Below are positions 8,936-18,670 of a DNA stretch of 64,000 nucleotides, piece after piece. Numbering within the stretch: the first letter of the stretch is position 1; every line of letters begins with the position of its first letter. The DNA is from Hydrurus foetidus (taxonomy: Eukaryota), in assembly GCA_900617105.1 (NCBI GenBank), contig UYFQ01000006.1:62001-126000 (forward strand). Reading direction: 5' to 3'. Both the position numbers and the translations under genes were made by a program. The notes beneath the pieces are model-generated. The model saw only the letters and a list, made by a program, of their open reading frames with translations. It did no database searches and was not told the DNA's origin.

Positions 8936-9871
8936 ATGGACGGTTTCTCTGATCTGGCGTTCTTCACGCTGCTCGCCAAGCAACCCAGTCTGGCCGCTGC
9001 GGCACAGCAGTTGGGCATCACGCCGCCTGCTGTCAGCAAACGCTTGGCCGTGCTGGAGCGGCGACTGGGCGTGCGCCTGCTCAACCGCACCACGCGCCGC
9101 ACCAGCCTCACGCCCGAGGGCGAAACCTACCTGAGCGATGGGGCGCGGGTACTGGAAGACCTGGAGACGCTGGAGCGCAGCGTGGCGGGCAGCCGCGCCA
9201 CACCCAAGGGCATAGTGCGCCTGAGCGCCACGCTGGGCTTTGGGCGGCGGCACATCGCGCCCGCACTGTCACAGTTCGCCAAGGCGTACCCCGAGGTCGA
9301 AGTGCACATGCACCTGAGCGACCGCCCGGTCAATCTGGTGGAGCAGGGCTTTGATTTGCTGGTGCGCTTTGGCGATCTGCCCGATGCCCGGTTGACCGCC
9401 CGCAGCCTCGCGCACAACCGCCGCCTGCTCTGCGCCTCACCGGCATATCTGGCACGCGCAGGCCAGCCCGCCACACCGCGTGACTTGGCGCAGCACGCCT
9501 GCCTGTTCATCCGTGAAAGTGATGAAACCTTTGGCACTTGGCACCTGCACAACGGCACGCGGCAAGAAACCGTGAAGGTGCGCGGCCCGCTATCGACCAA
9601 CGACGGTGAGTCCGCGCTGACTTGGGCGCTGGCAGGCCACGGCATCCTGGTGCGCTCGCAGTGGGATGTGGCCGATGCGGTGCGGGCAGGTCAGCTGAAG
9701 GTGCTGCTGCCCGACTGGAACCTGCCCAGCGCTGAGGTTTTTTTGGTGTTCCAAGCCCATCAGACCCACCCCCTGTGCCTGCCTGCCAAGACGCGGGCGC
9801 TGGTGGACTTTTTGCTGGAAGCGTTTGCAGGCTACCGCATCAAGGGGGATGCGGTGCTGGGAGCTTGGTGA
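8936..9871 (+). CDS. LysR-family regulator (DmlR-like), divergent from dehalogenase-leuCD
   Basis: HTH SLAAAAQQLGITPPAVSKRL; start ATG 8936. Confidence 0.95.
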   Translation: MDGFSDLAFFTLLAKQPSLAAAAQQLGITPPAVSKRLAVLERRLGVRLLNRTTRRTSLTPEGETYLSDGARVLEDLETLERSVAGSRATPKGIVRLSATLGFGRRHIAPALSQFAKAYPEVEVHMHLSDRPVNLVEQGFDLLVRFGDLPDARLTARSLAHNRRLLCASPAYLARAGQPATPRDLAQHACLFIRESDETFGTWHLHNGTRQETVKVRGPLSTNDGESALTWALAGHGILVRSQWDVADAVRAGQLKVLLPDWNLPSAEVFLVFQAHQTHPLCLPAKTRALVDFLLEAFAGYRIKGDAVLGAW

Positions 9872-9971
9872 TGGTTTTGTCACCGGACTTTCACACGCCA
9901 AAGCTAAAGTTGTGCCTTAGACCAGCCTTCTTGCTGGCACAAAACTACCACGACTTTCAACCTCACACTTC

Positions 9972-10892
9972 ATGCGTGTCCTGTTTCAGACCCACCGCTC
10001 ACTGGCGATTGCGAAGGTTTTAGGACGGGTACTTGGGTTTGCGGCGCTGCTGGTAGGCTTGAGTGCCTGTTCTGCACGGCACCTGATTGTTCAGGGCATG
10101 GCCAGTGAACTTGCCGCCCAGGGAAAGGCCCCCGAAGATGATCTGGTGCTGGCACGCGAAGCCAGTGCCTTTTATCTCAAACTGTCAGAAGCGCTGCTGC
10201 GTGAAGCCCCTGACAACCTGCCTTTGTCAGAAGCCGTCGCCACAGGGTTCACCCAATATGCCTATGCCTTTGTCGCGCTAGAAGCTGACCGCCTGGACGC
10301 CAAAGACAGCCGCGCTGCGCAAGTCTTGCGCGAACGTGCAGCACGCTTGTACGGGCGGGCGCACCGCCACGCCATGAATGCACTGGAGCGCACGCAGCCC
10401 GGCTTTCGCAAGGCGTTGGAGAGTGCGAATGAGGTGGATTGGCCGCAGCTCAAACCTGCGCAAATCGGCTTGGCCTATTGGGCGGCTGCCAGCTGGGGTG
10501 GCCTGATTTCGTTGTCCAAAGACAAACCTGACACGGTGGCTGATTTGCCCTTGGCAGTGCGCCTTGCGCGTCTGGCGTATGCGCAACAGCCAGACCATGG
10601 GCGAGGCTCTCTGGCGAGTTTGATGGGCAGTTTTGAAGCAGCACGCCCTGGTGGATCTGCCGCACAGACCCTGCTGTATCTTGACCAGTCGATTGCGCTG
10701 GGCGGCGATGACAACGCCGGATTCTGGGTCGCCAAGGCCGAGAACATTGCGCAGCCCAACGCGGATCGTGCTGGCTTTGAAGCCCTGCTGCACCAAGCGC
10801 TGAAGGTGGCACAGGCACATCCTGAACTGCACAACACGGTCATGCGCGAACGTGCTTTATGGCTTCTGAGCACGGCTGAAGACTTGTTTTAA
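9972..10892 (+). CDS. tatT: TRAP-associated TPR lipoprotein (TatT component)
   Basis: Lipobox LSAC; EDDLVLAREA, GFTQYAYAFV; directly upstream of dctP; start uncertain. Confidence 0.8.
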   Translation: MRVLFQTHRSLAIAKVLGRVLGFAALLVGLSACSARHLIVQGMASELAAQGKAPEDDLVLAREASAFYLKLSEALLREAPDNLPLSEAVATGFTQYAYAFVALEADRLDAKDSRAAQVLRERAARLYGRAHRHAMNALERTQPGFRKALESANEVDWPQLKPAQIGLAYWAAASWGGLISLSKDKPDTVADLPLAVRLARLAYAQQPDHGRGSLASLMGSFEAARPGGSAAQTLLYLDQSIALGGDDNAGFWVAKAENIAQPNADRAGFEALLHQALKVAQAHPELHNTVMRERALWLLSTAEDLF

Positions 10893-10918
10893 AAAACCCT
10901 ACACACCACCCATCACCC

Positions 10919-11929
10919 ATGTCTAAACTGATTGCAGCCTTGCTGATCGCCTTGACTGGCACCCTGTCCACCGCCTTGCAGGCCGCAGACATGCAGCTGC
11001 GTGTGGGGACGCTGGCACCCAAAAATTCGCTCTACCACCGCCAGTTACTGGAGATAGGCGAAGCCTGGCGCACCGCACAAGGTGGTGCCGCCAAATACGT
11101 GGTGTATGCCGATGGCAGCCAAGGGGGTGAGGCCGAAATGGCCAGGCGCATGCGCATTGGGCAGTTGCAATCCGCGCTGTTGTCGGTGGTGGGTTTGCGC
11201 GAAATTGAACCCTCTGTTTCTGCCCTGCAAAACCTGCCCCTGCTGTTCAAAAGCTGGGAAGAGTTGGACTATGTGCGCGAAAAAATGCGTGCCAACATGG
11301 AGAAGAAGTTTCTCGACAAAGGCTTTGTGGTTTTGGCCTGGGGCGACGCGGGCTGGGTGCGCTTTTTCTCCAAGGAGGCAGCGGTGCGCCCCGAAGACTA
11401 CAAGCGCATGAAGTTCTTTGCCTGGGGCGCTGAGCAAGAGCAGCAAGCCATCATGAAGAGCCTGGGCTACACGCCCATGCCCCTGGAAACCGCCGACATC
11501 CTGCCATCGCTACAGACGGGCATGATCAATGTCGTGCCCTCAACGCCCTACTTTGCGCTGGCCAGCCAGGTCTACAACACGGCCCCGCACATGCTGGAAA
11601 TCAACTGGGCCCCCATCGTGGGGGCAATGGTGGTCACAAGCAAAGCCTGGGACGCAATGACCCCTGCGGCGCAAGACGCTTTGCGTGCAGCCGGAGAGAA
11701 AGCCGGACTGCACATGCGTGCACAAGCCCGCCGTGAGGTGGATGAAGCCGTCGAGGCCATGAAGAAGCGCGGCCTGATCGTCCATAAACCCAATGCCGCA
11801 GAAATGCAGGAATGGAACACGCTGGCCGAGGCGCTGTACCCGCGCATACGCGGAACGATGGTGCCCGCCGACACCTTTGACGACGTGTTCAAGCATGTGA
11901 AAGCCTACCGCGCGACCTCCAGCAAATGA
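10919..11929 (+). CDS. dctP: TRAP transporter substrate-binding protein (DctP/TatP)
   Basis: Signal peptide; GTLAPKNS, GGEAEMARRMRIGQL, SLQTGMIN. Confidence 0.9.
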   Translation: MSKLIAALLIALTGTLSTALQAADMQLRVGTLAPKNSLYHRQLLEIGEAWRTAQGGAAKYVVYADGSQGGEAEMARRMRIGQLQSALLSVVGLREIEPSVSALQNLPLLFKSWEELDYVREKMRANMEKKFLDKGFVVLAWGDAGWVRFFSKEAAVRPEDYKRMKFFAWGAEQEQQAIMKSLGYTPMPLETADILPSLQTGMINVVPSTPYFALASQVYNTAPHMLEINWAPIVGAMVVTSKAWDAMTPAAQDALRAAGEKAGLHMRAQARREVDEAVEAMKKRGLIVHKPNAAEMQEWNTLAEALYPRIRGTMVPADTFDDVFKHVKAYRATSSK

Positions 11930-13782
11930 GCGCGATGCTGGCTTTCAAGCAGCTGTTTCGCTTTGACGAATGGCTGGCGTCGTTGGCGCTGGTGTTGATG
12001 GCCCTGATTGCGCTGACAGAGATTGTGGTCAGACCCATTGCGGGCAGTGGCATAGCCAACGCGCCCGTGATCGTCCAGCATTTGGGTTTGGTCATGGCCA
12101 TGTTCGGCTCGGTCGCCGCACTGCGCCACGGCCATCTGAGCAGCTTAGGCAGCGGGTTCACCTCGCCCGACTGGCCGCGCCTTACCGTGGCCAGTCGGGT
12201 GTATGGCAAGGTGTTTGCGGCGCTGGTCTGCGGGGTGCTGTGCATGGCCAGCTGGCGCTTGGTGGACAGCGAGCGCCAAGTCGGTCAAACCCTGGCCTAT
12301 GGCCTGCCGGTGTGGTGGCTGCAAGCCGCTATGCCGATAGGTTTTGCGCTGCTGAGCTGGCGACTGGGCATGCTTGAGCTGGTTGGCGGCGCGAAGGCAT
12401 GGGCGCTGAAGCAAGGGCTGGGACTGCTCCCCGCGCTCGCAGGCATGGTGCTGGCATGGCAGTTCGATGGCAGCGCTTTGCCGATCTGGCCCGCCGTGCT
12501 GGTCATCCTGCTGGCCCTGCTGTGCGGTGCCCCCATCTTCAGCGTGTTGGGCGCTTTGGCACTGGCGCTGTTTTGGCAGGACGCACTGCCCCTGGCCTCC
12601 ATACCGCTCTCGCATTACCAGATCACCGTCAACCCCTCACTGCCAGCGCTGCCCCTGTTCACGATGGCAGGCTTGGTGTTTGCGCGTACCGGTGCAGCCC
12701 AACGCCTGGGGGCGGTGTTTGTCGCGCTGTTTGGCGGTGGTGCCACCGGCACCGTGGTGGCCAGTGCCGTGTTGTGCTCGGCCTTCACAGCGTTCACCGG
12801 TGGCAGTGGTGTCACCATTCTGGCGCTGGGCGGTCTGTTGTTACCCCTGTTGCGGGAGGCCGGGTTTCCAGAGCGGCGTGGCATCAGTTTGGTCACCAGT
12901 GCCAGCGCCTTGGGCGTGCTTTTGGCACCCTCGGTGCCACTCATCATGTACGCCATCATTGCCCGCGTGCCGATCAACACCATGTTTTTAGCGGGACTCT
13001 TTCCCGCTTTCATCATGGTGGCGTTTTTGCTGGTTCTGGGGGGGTATCTCAAGCGCCAAAACGCACCCTCATTCCCGGCGAACAGTCCACCAAACACGGC
13101 AACGCCACCCAGCATCAAGACGGCCATATGGGATGCCAAATGGGAGATTTTGGCCCCTGTGGTGGCCATCGGTGCCCTGGTCAGTGGTTTAGCGACCCCT
13201 ACCGAGAGTGCCGCCCTTGCAGCCGTCTATGCCATCCTGACCCAGGTGCTGGCACACCGCGAACTGGGTTGGCGCAAGCTGTTCAACATCCTGACCGATT
13301 GCACGCAACTGATTGGGGGGGTCATGCTGATTTTGGGCATGGCCTTGGGGTTGACCAATTACCTGATTGACGCGGGCATTCCTGATGCGGCTATCGACTG
13401 GGTGCAAGGCGTGATACCCAACAAATGGGTGTTTCTTCTGGTGCTCAATCTCTTCTTGTTTGCGGCTGGCGCGTTGATGGAAATCTTTGCGGCGATTGTG
13501 GTGCTGGTGCCTCTGTTGCTGCCCGTGGCACTGAGCTACGGCATCGACCCGGTTCACTTTGGCATCATCTTTTTGGCCAACATGGAGCTGGGGTTTTTAT
13601 GCCCACCAGCGGGCATGAACATCTACTTTGCATCTGCCATGTTCGGCAAACCCGTGCGCTATATAGCGTCTGCCGTGCTGCCCGCTTTGCTGGCCATCTT
13701 TCTGGGCACCATGGCGATTGCCTTGCTGCCTGCTACCGCCACGTTCTTGCCTGACTTGCTGCTGTCCAAGTCACAGAAGTGA
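11926..13782 (+). CDS. dctM: Fused TRAP small+large permease (DctQ-DctM)
   Basis: 618 aa polytopic; ALPLFTMAG, TGGSGVTILALG, TPTESAA, GIDPVHFG, PPAGMN. Confidence 0.9.
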   Translation: MSAMLAFKQLFRFDEWLASLALVLMALIALTEIVVRPIAGSGIANAPVIVQHLGLVMAMFGSVAALRHGHLSSLGSGFTSPDWPRLTVASRVYGKVFAALVCGVLCMASWRLVDSERQVGQTLAYGLPVWWLQAAMPIGFALLSWRLGMLELVGGAKAWALKQGLGLLPALAGMVLAWQFDGSALPIWPAVLVILLALLCGAPIFSVLGALALALFWQDALPLASIPLSHYQITVNPSLPALPLFTMAGLVFARTGAAQRLGAVFVALFGGGATGTVVASAVLCSAFTAFTGGSGVTILALGGLLLPLLREAGFPERRGISLVTSASALGVLLAPSVPLIMYAIIARVPINTMFLAGLFPAFIMVAFLLVLGGYLKRQNAPSFPANSPPNTATPPSIKTAIWDAKWEILAPVVAIGALVSGLATPTESAALAAVYAILTQVLAHRELGWRKLFNILTDCTQLIGGVMLILGMALGLTNYLIDAGIPDAAIDWVQGVIPNKWVFLLVLNLFLFAAGALMEIFAAIVVLVPLLLPVALSYGIDPVHFGIIFLANMELGFLCPPAGMNIYFASAMFGKPVRYIASAVLPALLAIFLGTMAIALLPATATFLPDLLLSKSQK

Positions 13783-13830
13783 AACCTGCGTGAACAAGAA
13801 TGCAGCTCTTGATGCTCCACAAAGATTGGC

Positions 13831-14049
13831 ATGTACATCCAACTGACCACAGAGATTGCCGATACCGGACTCCGGTACAAATCAAAAATTGGGGGCTCCC
13901 CTTTTCAAGGCATGGGCTCCCCCGGCGAGACCATGAGTTGCATGCAATGCGGCACCCACAAGCCCCGAAGGAAGGGGGCCATCCACCGCTTCTTGAGCGG
14001 GCGCATGTTTTTTTGCTACGAGTGCAGACCCGAAAAACAAGTTCAATGA
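13831..14049 (+). CDS. Small putative zinc-ribbon protein
   Basis: 72 aa with CMQC and CYEC pairs. Confidence 0.6.
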   Translation: MYIQLTTEIADTGLRYKSKIGGSPFQGMGSPGETMSCMQCGTHKPRRKGAIHRFLSGRMFFCYECRPEKQVQ

Positions 14050-14744
14050 TGGCGCTGCGACAGGCGCAGCCAAAGCCCCCGCACCAGCACCCCATGCGCA
14101 AACAGCCACAGCAAAGGGTCTGACAGCGCATCCCACAGGTTGCCGCTTGGCAGGCGCGTGGCGACGAAGACAAGGGCCACCAGCAAAGCCGCCACTCCCA
14201 CGCTGCGGCTGGCGGGCAAGGCGATAAGCAGCACCGCCAACACCAGCAACGCCGCCACCGCACCCGCGCTGTAACCCCAGGGGTAGAGAAACCAGGGCAG
14301 CAGCGCCAAGGTATCGAGCAACATCACCCAACCCAACACCACGGCGGCGGCGGACAAGCACAACACAGCACGCGGTGACAGCAGGGGTTGGGGCCGACCA
14401 AACCCGCGCTTGCACAGGGGTATCGCTGCAGCGCCCACAGCGAGAGCAGCCAAGCCCCCCGTGGTCAAACTGGGGATTTGAAACGCCAATCCCAGCCAAT
14501 ACCCCAGCCCCGCCGTGCCGGGCCAGAGCGCTGCCACGGCCGCCACACCAGCCAAGACACCCGCTGAAGCCATCCGCCAGCGCTGCGGCAGATAACCCGT
14601 CCCCAGCCAGCCCCGCAGCACCAAACAGGCCAGCACCAGCGCCCAACCGGCGTGGCGTGCTGCATCCATCAGCCAGGGAACGGGCAGTACCGGGGTGGTG
14701 TCGGTGAACATGGGCGTAAGCAAGGAAGTGAACAGGGCGGTCAT
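14043..14744 (-). CDS. Integral membrane hypothetical protein
   Basis: Several TMs, GNLWDALSDP; ATGA-coupled to upstream BNR gene. Confidence 0.7.
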   Translation of the reverse strand: MTALFTSLLTPMFTDTTPVLPVPWLMDAARHAGWALVLACLVLRGWLGTGYLPQRWRMASAGVLAGVAAVAALWPGTAGLGYWLGLAFQIPSLTTGGLAALAVGAAAIPLCKRGFGRPQPLLSPRAVLCLSAAAVVLGWVMLLDTLALLPWFLYPWGYSAGAVAALLVLAVLLIALPASRSVGVAALLVALVFVATRLPSGNLWDALSDPLLWLFAHGVLVRGLWLRLSQRHH

Positions 14745-15994
14745 GGTTTCACCGCCGGAGCTTGAGGGATCAAAGCCAGCCGCTGCCACGCGATGCGCTG
14801 GCGCTGATCGGTGTAGCTGACCCACAGGCTGTCATCCGCCCAGGTCAACGCAGGGTAGGAGAACTCGCTGTTGCCACCGCCTTGGGCCAGTGTGGCGACG
14901 GTGCGCCAGTCCTGGCCATTGGCCGAGGCGCTCAAGTCCAGCGTTTGCCGCCCGGTGGTGGACGGGTTGTAGGCCAGCACCATCAGGCCAGGGCGCAGGC
15001 CCAGGCCCGCCACGGAAGCGTCGGGGTTGTCCAGCGTCAAGTTGGGCAGGTCGTGCCAATCCAGACCAGCGTTGGTGGTTTGCGCCACGGCCACTTTGCG
15101 CTCTGGGCTGTGGTCGCGCAAAAAAGCCAGCCAGTGGGTCTCGTCTTGCATCACCAAGGCGGGTTGCAGAAGGCTGCCCCGACGTGACAAGCGTTGCAAC
15201 CCCAGGAACTCGCCCGCAGCCCCAAAACGCGCCGCCACCGGGTATTTGATGCCTAACTCGAAGTACAGCGGCAGCAGCATCCCGCCTTCGGCCAGCGTAA
15301 GCGGGGCATTGCGCACGAGGTGGCTGGTGTTCCACAACCACGACAAAGGAAGCACGCGAACGGATTCAAAAATCATAGCACTCACCGCCCTTGCATCAAG
15401 CGCAAGAGGCTCTTTTTGCTGTAAATGCAGCACCCGCCCCGCCGCCCAGCCACCCAATCCCGTCGCCACCACGAACAGGTGGACACGGCCCTGCGCGTCC
15501 AGCCACGCGACTGGGTTGCCCAGGCGGCGCACGCCGAAACCCAGTTCGCGGCCAACAGCGTCTTTGTTCACCACAAACCGCGCGGGCATCCACTGCGCGG
15601 AGGCGCGGTCGAACCACGAAAACGCGATCTGTACATCGGGTGCGCTCTCGCGCTGACCGGCAAACCAGAACGCCAAGACCGATGCCGCCGACGTGGCCGG
15701 CATCGCCAACAGCGTGCTCGCGTGGGCAGCGGGGGTGTTGGCGGGCATGGGGATGTGGCCGCTGGCAGTGGTGGTGAAGACCGCTTCACCGACAGCCAAA
15801 GCAGGGGATGCCAGCGCCGGGGTGGGCCACACGGCGGGTATTGCGACTGAAGCCATTGCTTCAACAGCAGTATTTTCGTGCCGTAGACGCAGATTCACAT
15901 CCCACGCCAGCAGGGCCACAGCCAACACAGCCGCTCCCACAGCTTGGTGGCGAACCTTAGCGAGAACCTTGGGGAGAAACATTACGAAGTACAC
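14741..15994 (-). CDS. BNR/Asp-box sialidase-like protein
   Basis: AAHASTLL, AFWFAGQRE, Asp-box-like TTNAGLDW and SANGQDW, EFSYP; start uncertain. Confidence 0.75.
   Translation of the reverse strand: MYFVMFLPKVLAKVRHQAVGAAVLAVALLAWDVNLRLRHENTAVEAMASVAIPAVWPTPALASPALAVGEAVFTTTASGHIPMPANTPAAHASTLLAMPATSAASVLAFWFAGQRESAPDVQIAFSWFDRASAQWMPARFVVNKDAVGRELGFGVRRLGNPVAWLDAQGRVHLFVVATGLGGWAAGRVLHLQQKEPLALDARAVSAMIFESVRVLPLSWLWNTSHLVRNAPLTLAEGGMLLPLYFELGIKYPVAARFGAAGEFLGLQRLSRRGSLLQPALVMQDETHWLAFLRDHSPERKVAVAQTTNAGLDWHDLPNLTLDNPDASVAGLGLRPGLMVLAYNPSTTGRQTLDLSASANGQDWRTVATLAQGGGNSEFSYPALTWADDSLWVSYTDQRQRIAWQRLALIPQAPAVKP
15362..15416 (+). repeat. 55-bp coding-embedded motif copy (antisense in BNR gene)
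   Basis: ggatt caaaaatca tagc actca ccgc ccttgcatcaa gcgc aaga ggct ctttt. Confidence 0.75.
15842..15896 (+). repeat. 55-bp motif, weak copy (antisense in BNR gene)
   Basis: tgcga ctgaagcca ttgc ttcaa cagc agtattttcgt gccg taga cgca gattc. Confidence 0.35.
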
Positions 15995-16049
15995 TCAAAA
16001 ACGTCATGCCGCATTCTCGCTGACGCACCCTCGCCAGCCTCTGAACCCC

Positions 16050-17069
16050 ATGTTTTCCGCACCACACCCCCCATCCCCTGCTGCCATCACCCTCTCTGTG
16101 GTGATACCGGTCTACAACGAAGAAGAAGGCCTCGCCGCCCTGCACCAACGCCTGAGCGCGGTGCTGGACGGCCTCGGCTGCACCGCCGAAGTGGTCTACA
16201 TTGACGACGGCAGCCGCGACCGCAGCGCGGCCATGCTGCGCGAACTTGCTGTGCGTGACCCGCGCGTACTGGTGCTGGGCTTGTCGCGCAACTTTGGCAA
16301 AGAAATCGCTGTCTCCGCCGGTATCGACTACGCCCACGGCGACGCCGTGGTGGTGCTGGACGCTGACCTGCAAGACCCCCCCGAGTTGATTGGCAAGATG
16401 CTGGAACAATGGCGTGCCGGGGCCGACTGCGTGCTGATGAAACGGGCTTCGCGCGAGGGCGAGACGTGGCTCAAAAAGACCACCTCATCGTGGTTCTACC
16501 GCCTGCTGCGCAAAATTGGTGATGTGGATATTCCACATGACGTGGGTGATTTCCGCTTGATGAGCCGCCGCGCTGTCGATGCGCTGCGCCGCTGCCAAGA
16601 GCGCACCCGCTACATGAAAGGCCTGTTCGCCTGGGTGGGCTTCCCCACTGTCACACTGACCTATGAGCGCGATGCCCGCCATGCAGGTACCAGCAAATGG
16701 AACTACTGGCGGCTGTGGAATTTGGCGCTGGAAGGCATCACCTCGTTCAGCACCGCGCCACTCAAAATTGCCAGCTATGTGGGGCTGTTCGTCGCGTTGG
16801 GCGCGTTTGGCTACTCGGCTTATGTATTCCTCAAAGCCGTGCTGTGGGGCGACCCTGTACCAGGCTACCCCTCGCTGATGATGGTGGTGCTGTTCCTGGG
16901 CGGCACGCAGTTGCTGGCACTGGGCATCATTGGTGAATACTTGGCGCGGATCTTTCTCGAGGTGAAGCAGCGGCCCTTGTATTTGGTGGCTGACGTGCAA
17001 GGCCAGGGCCCAACGCACCTGAGCGCCATGCCGCAGGCCAACCCCAGCTATGTCGCTGTCACACGGTGA
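16050..17069 (+). CDS. GT2 polyprenol-phosphate glycosyltransferase (GtrB/ArnC-like)
   Basis: SVVIPVYNEE, DDGSRD, SRNFGKE, DADLQDPPE, GDFRLMSR, two C-terminal TMs; start ATG 16050. Confidence 0.92.
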   Translation: MFSAPHPPSPAAITLSVVIPVYNEEEGLAALHQRLSAVLDGLGCTAEVVYIDDGSRDRSAAMLRELAVRDPRVLVLGLSRNFGKEIAVSAGIDYAHGDAVVVLDADLQDPPELIGKMLEQWRAGADCVLMKRASREGETWLKKTTSSWFYRLLRKIGDVDIPHDVGDFRLMSRRAVDALRRCQERTRYMKGLFAWVGFPTVTLTYERDARHAGTSKWNYWRLWNLALEGITSFSTAPLKIASYVGLFVALGAFGYSAYVFLKAVLWGDPVPGYPSLMMVVLFLGGTQLLALGIIGEYLARIFLEVKQRPLYLVADVQGQGPTHLSAMPQANPSYVAVTR

Positions 17070-18637
17070 ACAGCGCATCAACCTCACGCTGGCTGTGGGC
17101 GCTGCTGGGGGCCGTCATCGCCCTGCGCCTCGCCACCCTCGGCCTCTACCCGCTGACCGACACCACCGAGGCACGCTACGCCGAAATGGCGCGCAAGATG
17201 ATGGAGACGGGCAACTGGCTCACCCCGATGTTCGACGTGGACGTGCCATTCTGGGGCAAACCACCGCTGTCGTTTTGGCTGAGCGCCGTGCCCATGTGGC
17301 TGGGAGGCATCAGCGAATTCACAGCCCGGCTGGGGCCGCTGGTAACGGGATTGGCGACGATGGCCTTGCTGTGGTGCTGGCCTGCAGCAACCCAAGCCGT
17401 ACCAAGCACCTCTTCACACACACCCTCGAAGACTCCTGAATTCATAGCTAGTACAGCATATCCAGTATGCGCAGCCATCGTTTTCATGTCTGCCCCACTG
17501 GGTTTTATCGCCAGCGGTGCCGTGATGACAGACATGGCGATGGCCATGGGCACCACGCTGAGCATGGTGGCGTTTTGGCGGGTGTGGGCAGCAGACGAAA
17601 GTACCGGCCTGCCTCGCAACCCTCAGCGCAGCGTTTGGCCTTGGCTGTTCTTTGTGGGCCAGTCCATCGGTCTGATGGCCAAAGGGCCAGTGGCGGTGGT
17701 GCTGACCGGGGTTGCGCTGACGCTGTTCCTGCTGGTCTGCGTGTGGCGCGATGGTTTCATCCCTACCGCCGTCAAGCTCTGGCGCACCTTGCCCTGGCTG
17801 CGCGGCCTGCTGTTGACGGCGCTGCTCGTCGCCCCCTGGTACATCCTGGCCGAACAAGCCACGCCGGGGTTCTTACGCTACTTCATCGTAGGCGAACATT
17901 GGTTCCGCTTCACCCAAAGCGGCTGGAAAGGCGACCTCTACGGCGTGGCCCACGCCCAGCCCAAAGGCCGCATCTGGCTGCTGGCGCTGGCGTTCACCCT
18001 GCCCTGGACGCTGGTCGCCGTGGGGTGGATGGCAGCACGCCGAACCAAGCCTCCAAGCAGCGCCGCCCATGACAAGGCGCAAAGCCATGCCCCCCTCAGC
18101 ACCAACCTCAGCGCCCACCTCGGCACCAACAGCGAACGCAGCTACCTGCTGTGCTGGATGCTGGCCCCTGGCCTCTTCTTCACGATGTCGGGCAACATCT
18201 TGTTCACCTACGTGCTGCCCGGCCTGCCCGCGTTTGCGCTCTTGGTCGCAGGCTTGTGGCAAGCCCATGCGTACCGGCGTGGCACGCGGACAGTAGCGAC
18301 GCTCGCAGCCCTGCTCACGCCCGTGGCCTTTGCCGGTGTGGTGCTGTTCAACCCCGGCCTTGCCGCGCCGTTTTCGGAGTTGGCGACGTTGCAAAAGTTG
18401 ACGGGGCAGATCACCTACCTGTACGAGCGGCCTGCGTCTGCGGTGTTTTATGGGCGGGATAGAACGGGGGTGGTCAAAGAGGCTGCGACCATTCAAGCCA
18501 CGTTGACGGCACGCAAGGGCTTGATCGCCTTGCCCGTGCGCCAAGTGGCTGAGGTGCAAACGGTCTTGGTGGCGCACGGGTGGGCTGAGGTGATGCGCAG
18601 CAAAGAGTTTGTGGTGTTTGCTACCACTCAGCACTGA
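17066..18637 (+). CDS. ArnT-family glycosyltransferase
   Basis: DTTEARYAEMAR, FWGKPPLSFW, KGPVAVVL, YVLPGLPAFALL. Confidence 0.88.
   Translation: MNSASTSRWLWALLGAVIALRLATLGLYPLTDTTEARYAEMARKMMETGNWLTPMFDVDVPFWGKPPLSFWLSAVPMWLGGISEFTARLGPLVTGLATMALLWCWPAATQAVPSTSSHTPSKTPEFIASTAYPVCAAIVFMSAPLGFIASGAVMTDMAMAMGTTLSMVAFWRVWAADESTGLPRNPQRSVWPWLFFVGQSIGLMAKGPVAVVLTGVALTLFLLVCVWRDGFIPTAVKLWRTLPWLRGLLLTALLVAPWYILAEQATPGFLRYFIVGEHWFRFTQSGWKGDLYGVAHAQPKGRIWLLALAFTLPWTLVAVGWMAARRTKPPSSAAHDKAQSHAPLSTNLSAHLGTNSERSYLLCWMLAPGLFFTMSGNILFTYVLPGLPAFALLVAGLWQAHAYRRGTRTVATLAALLTPVAFAGVVLFNPGLAAPFSELATLQKLTGQITYLYERPASAVFYGRDRTGVVKEAATIQATLTARKGLIALPVRQVAEVQTVLVAHGWAEVMRSKEFVVFATTQH
17431..17485 (+). repeat. 55-bp coding-embedded motif copy (sense in ArnT)
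   Basis: gactc ctgaattca tagc tagta cagc atatccagtat gcgc agcc atcg ttttc; reads TPEFIASTAYPVCAAIVF. Confidence 0.7.
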
Positions 18638-18670
18638 AGACAAGCGCTGCCAAAGTGCGGCGTTACGCGC

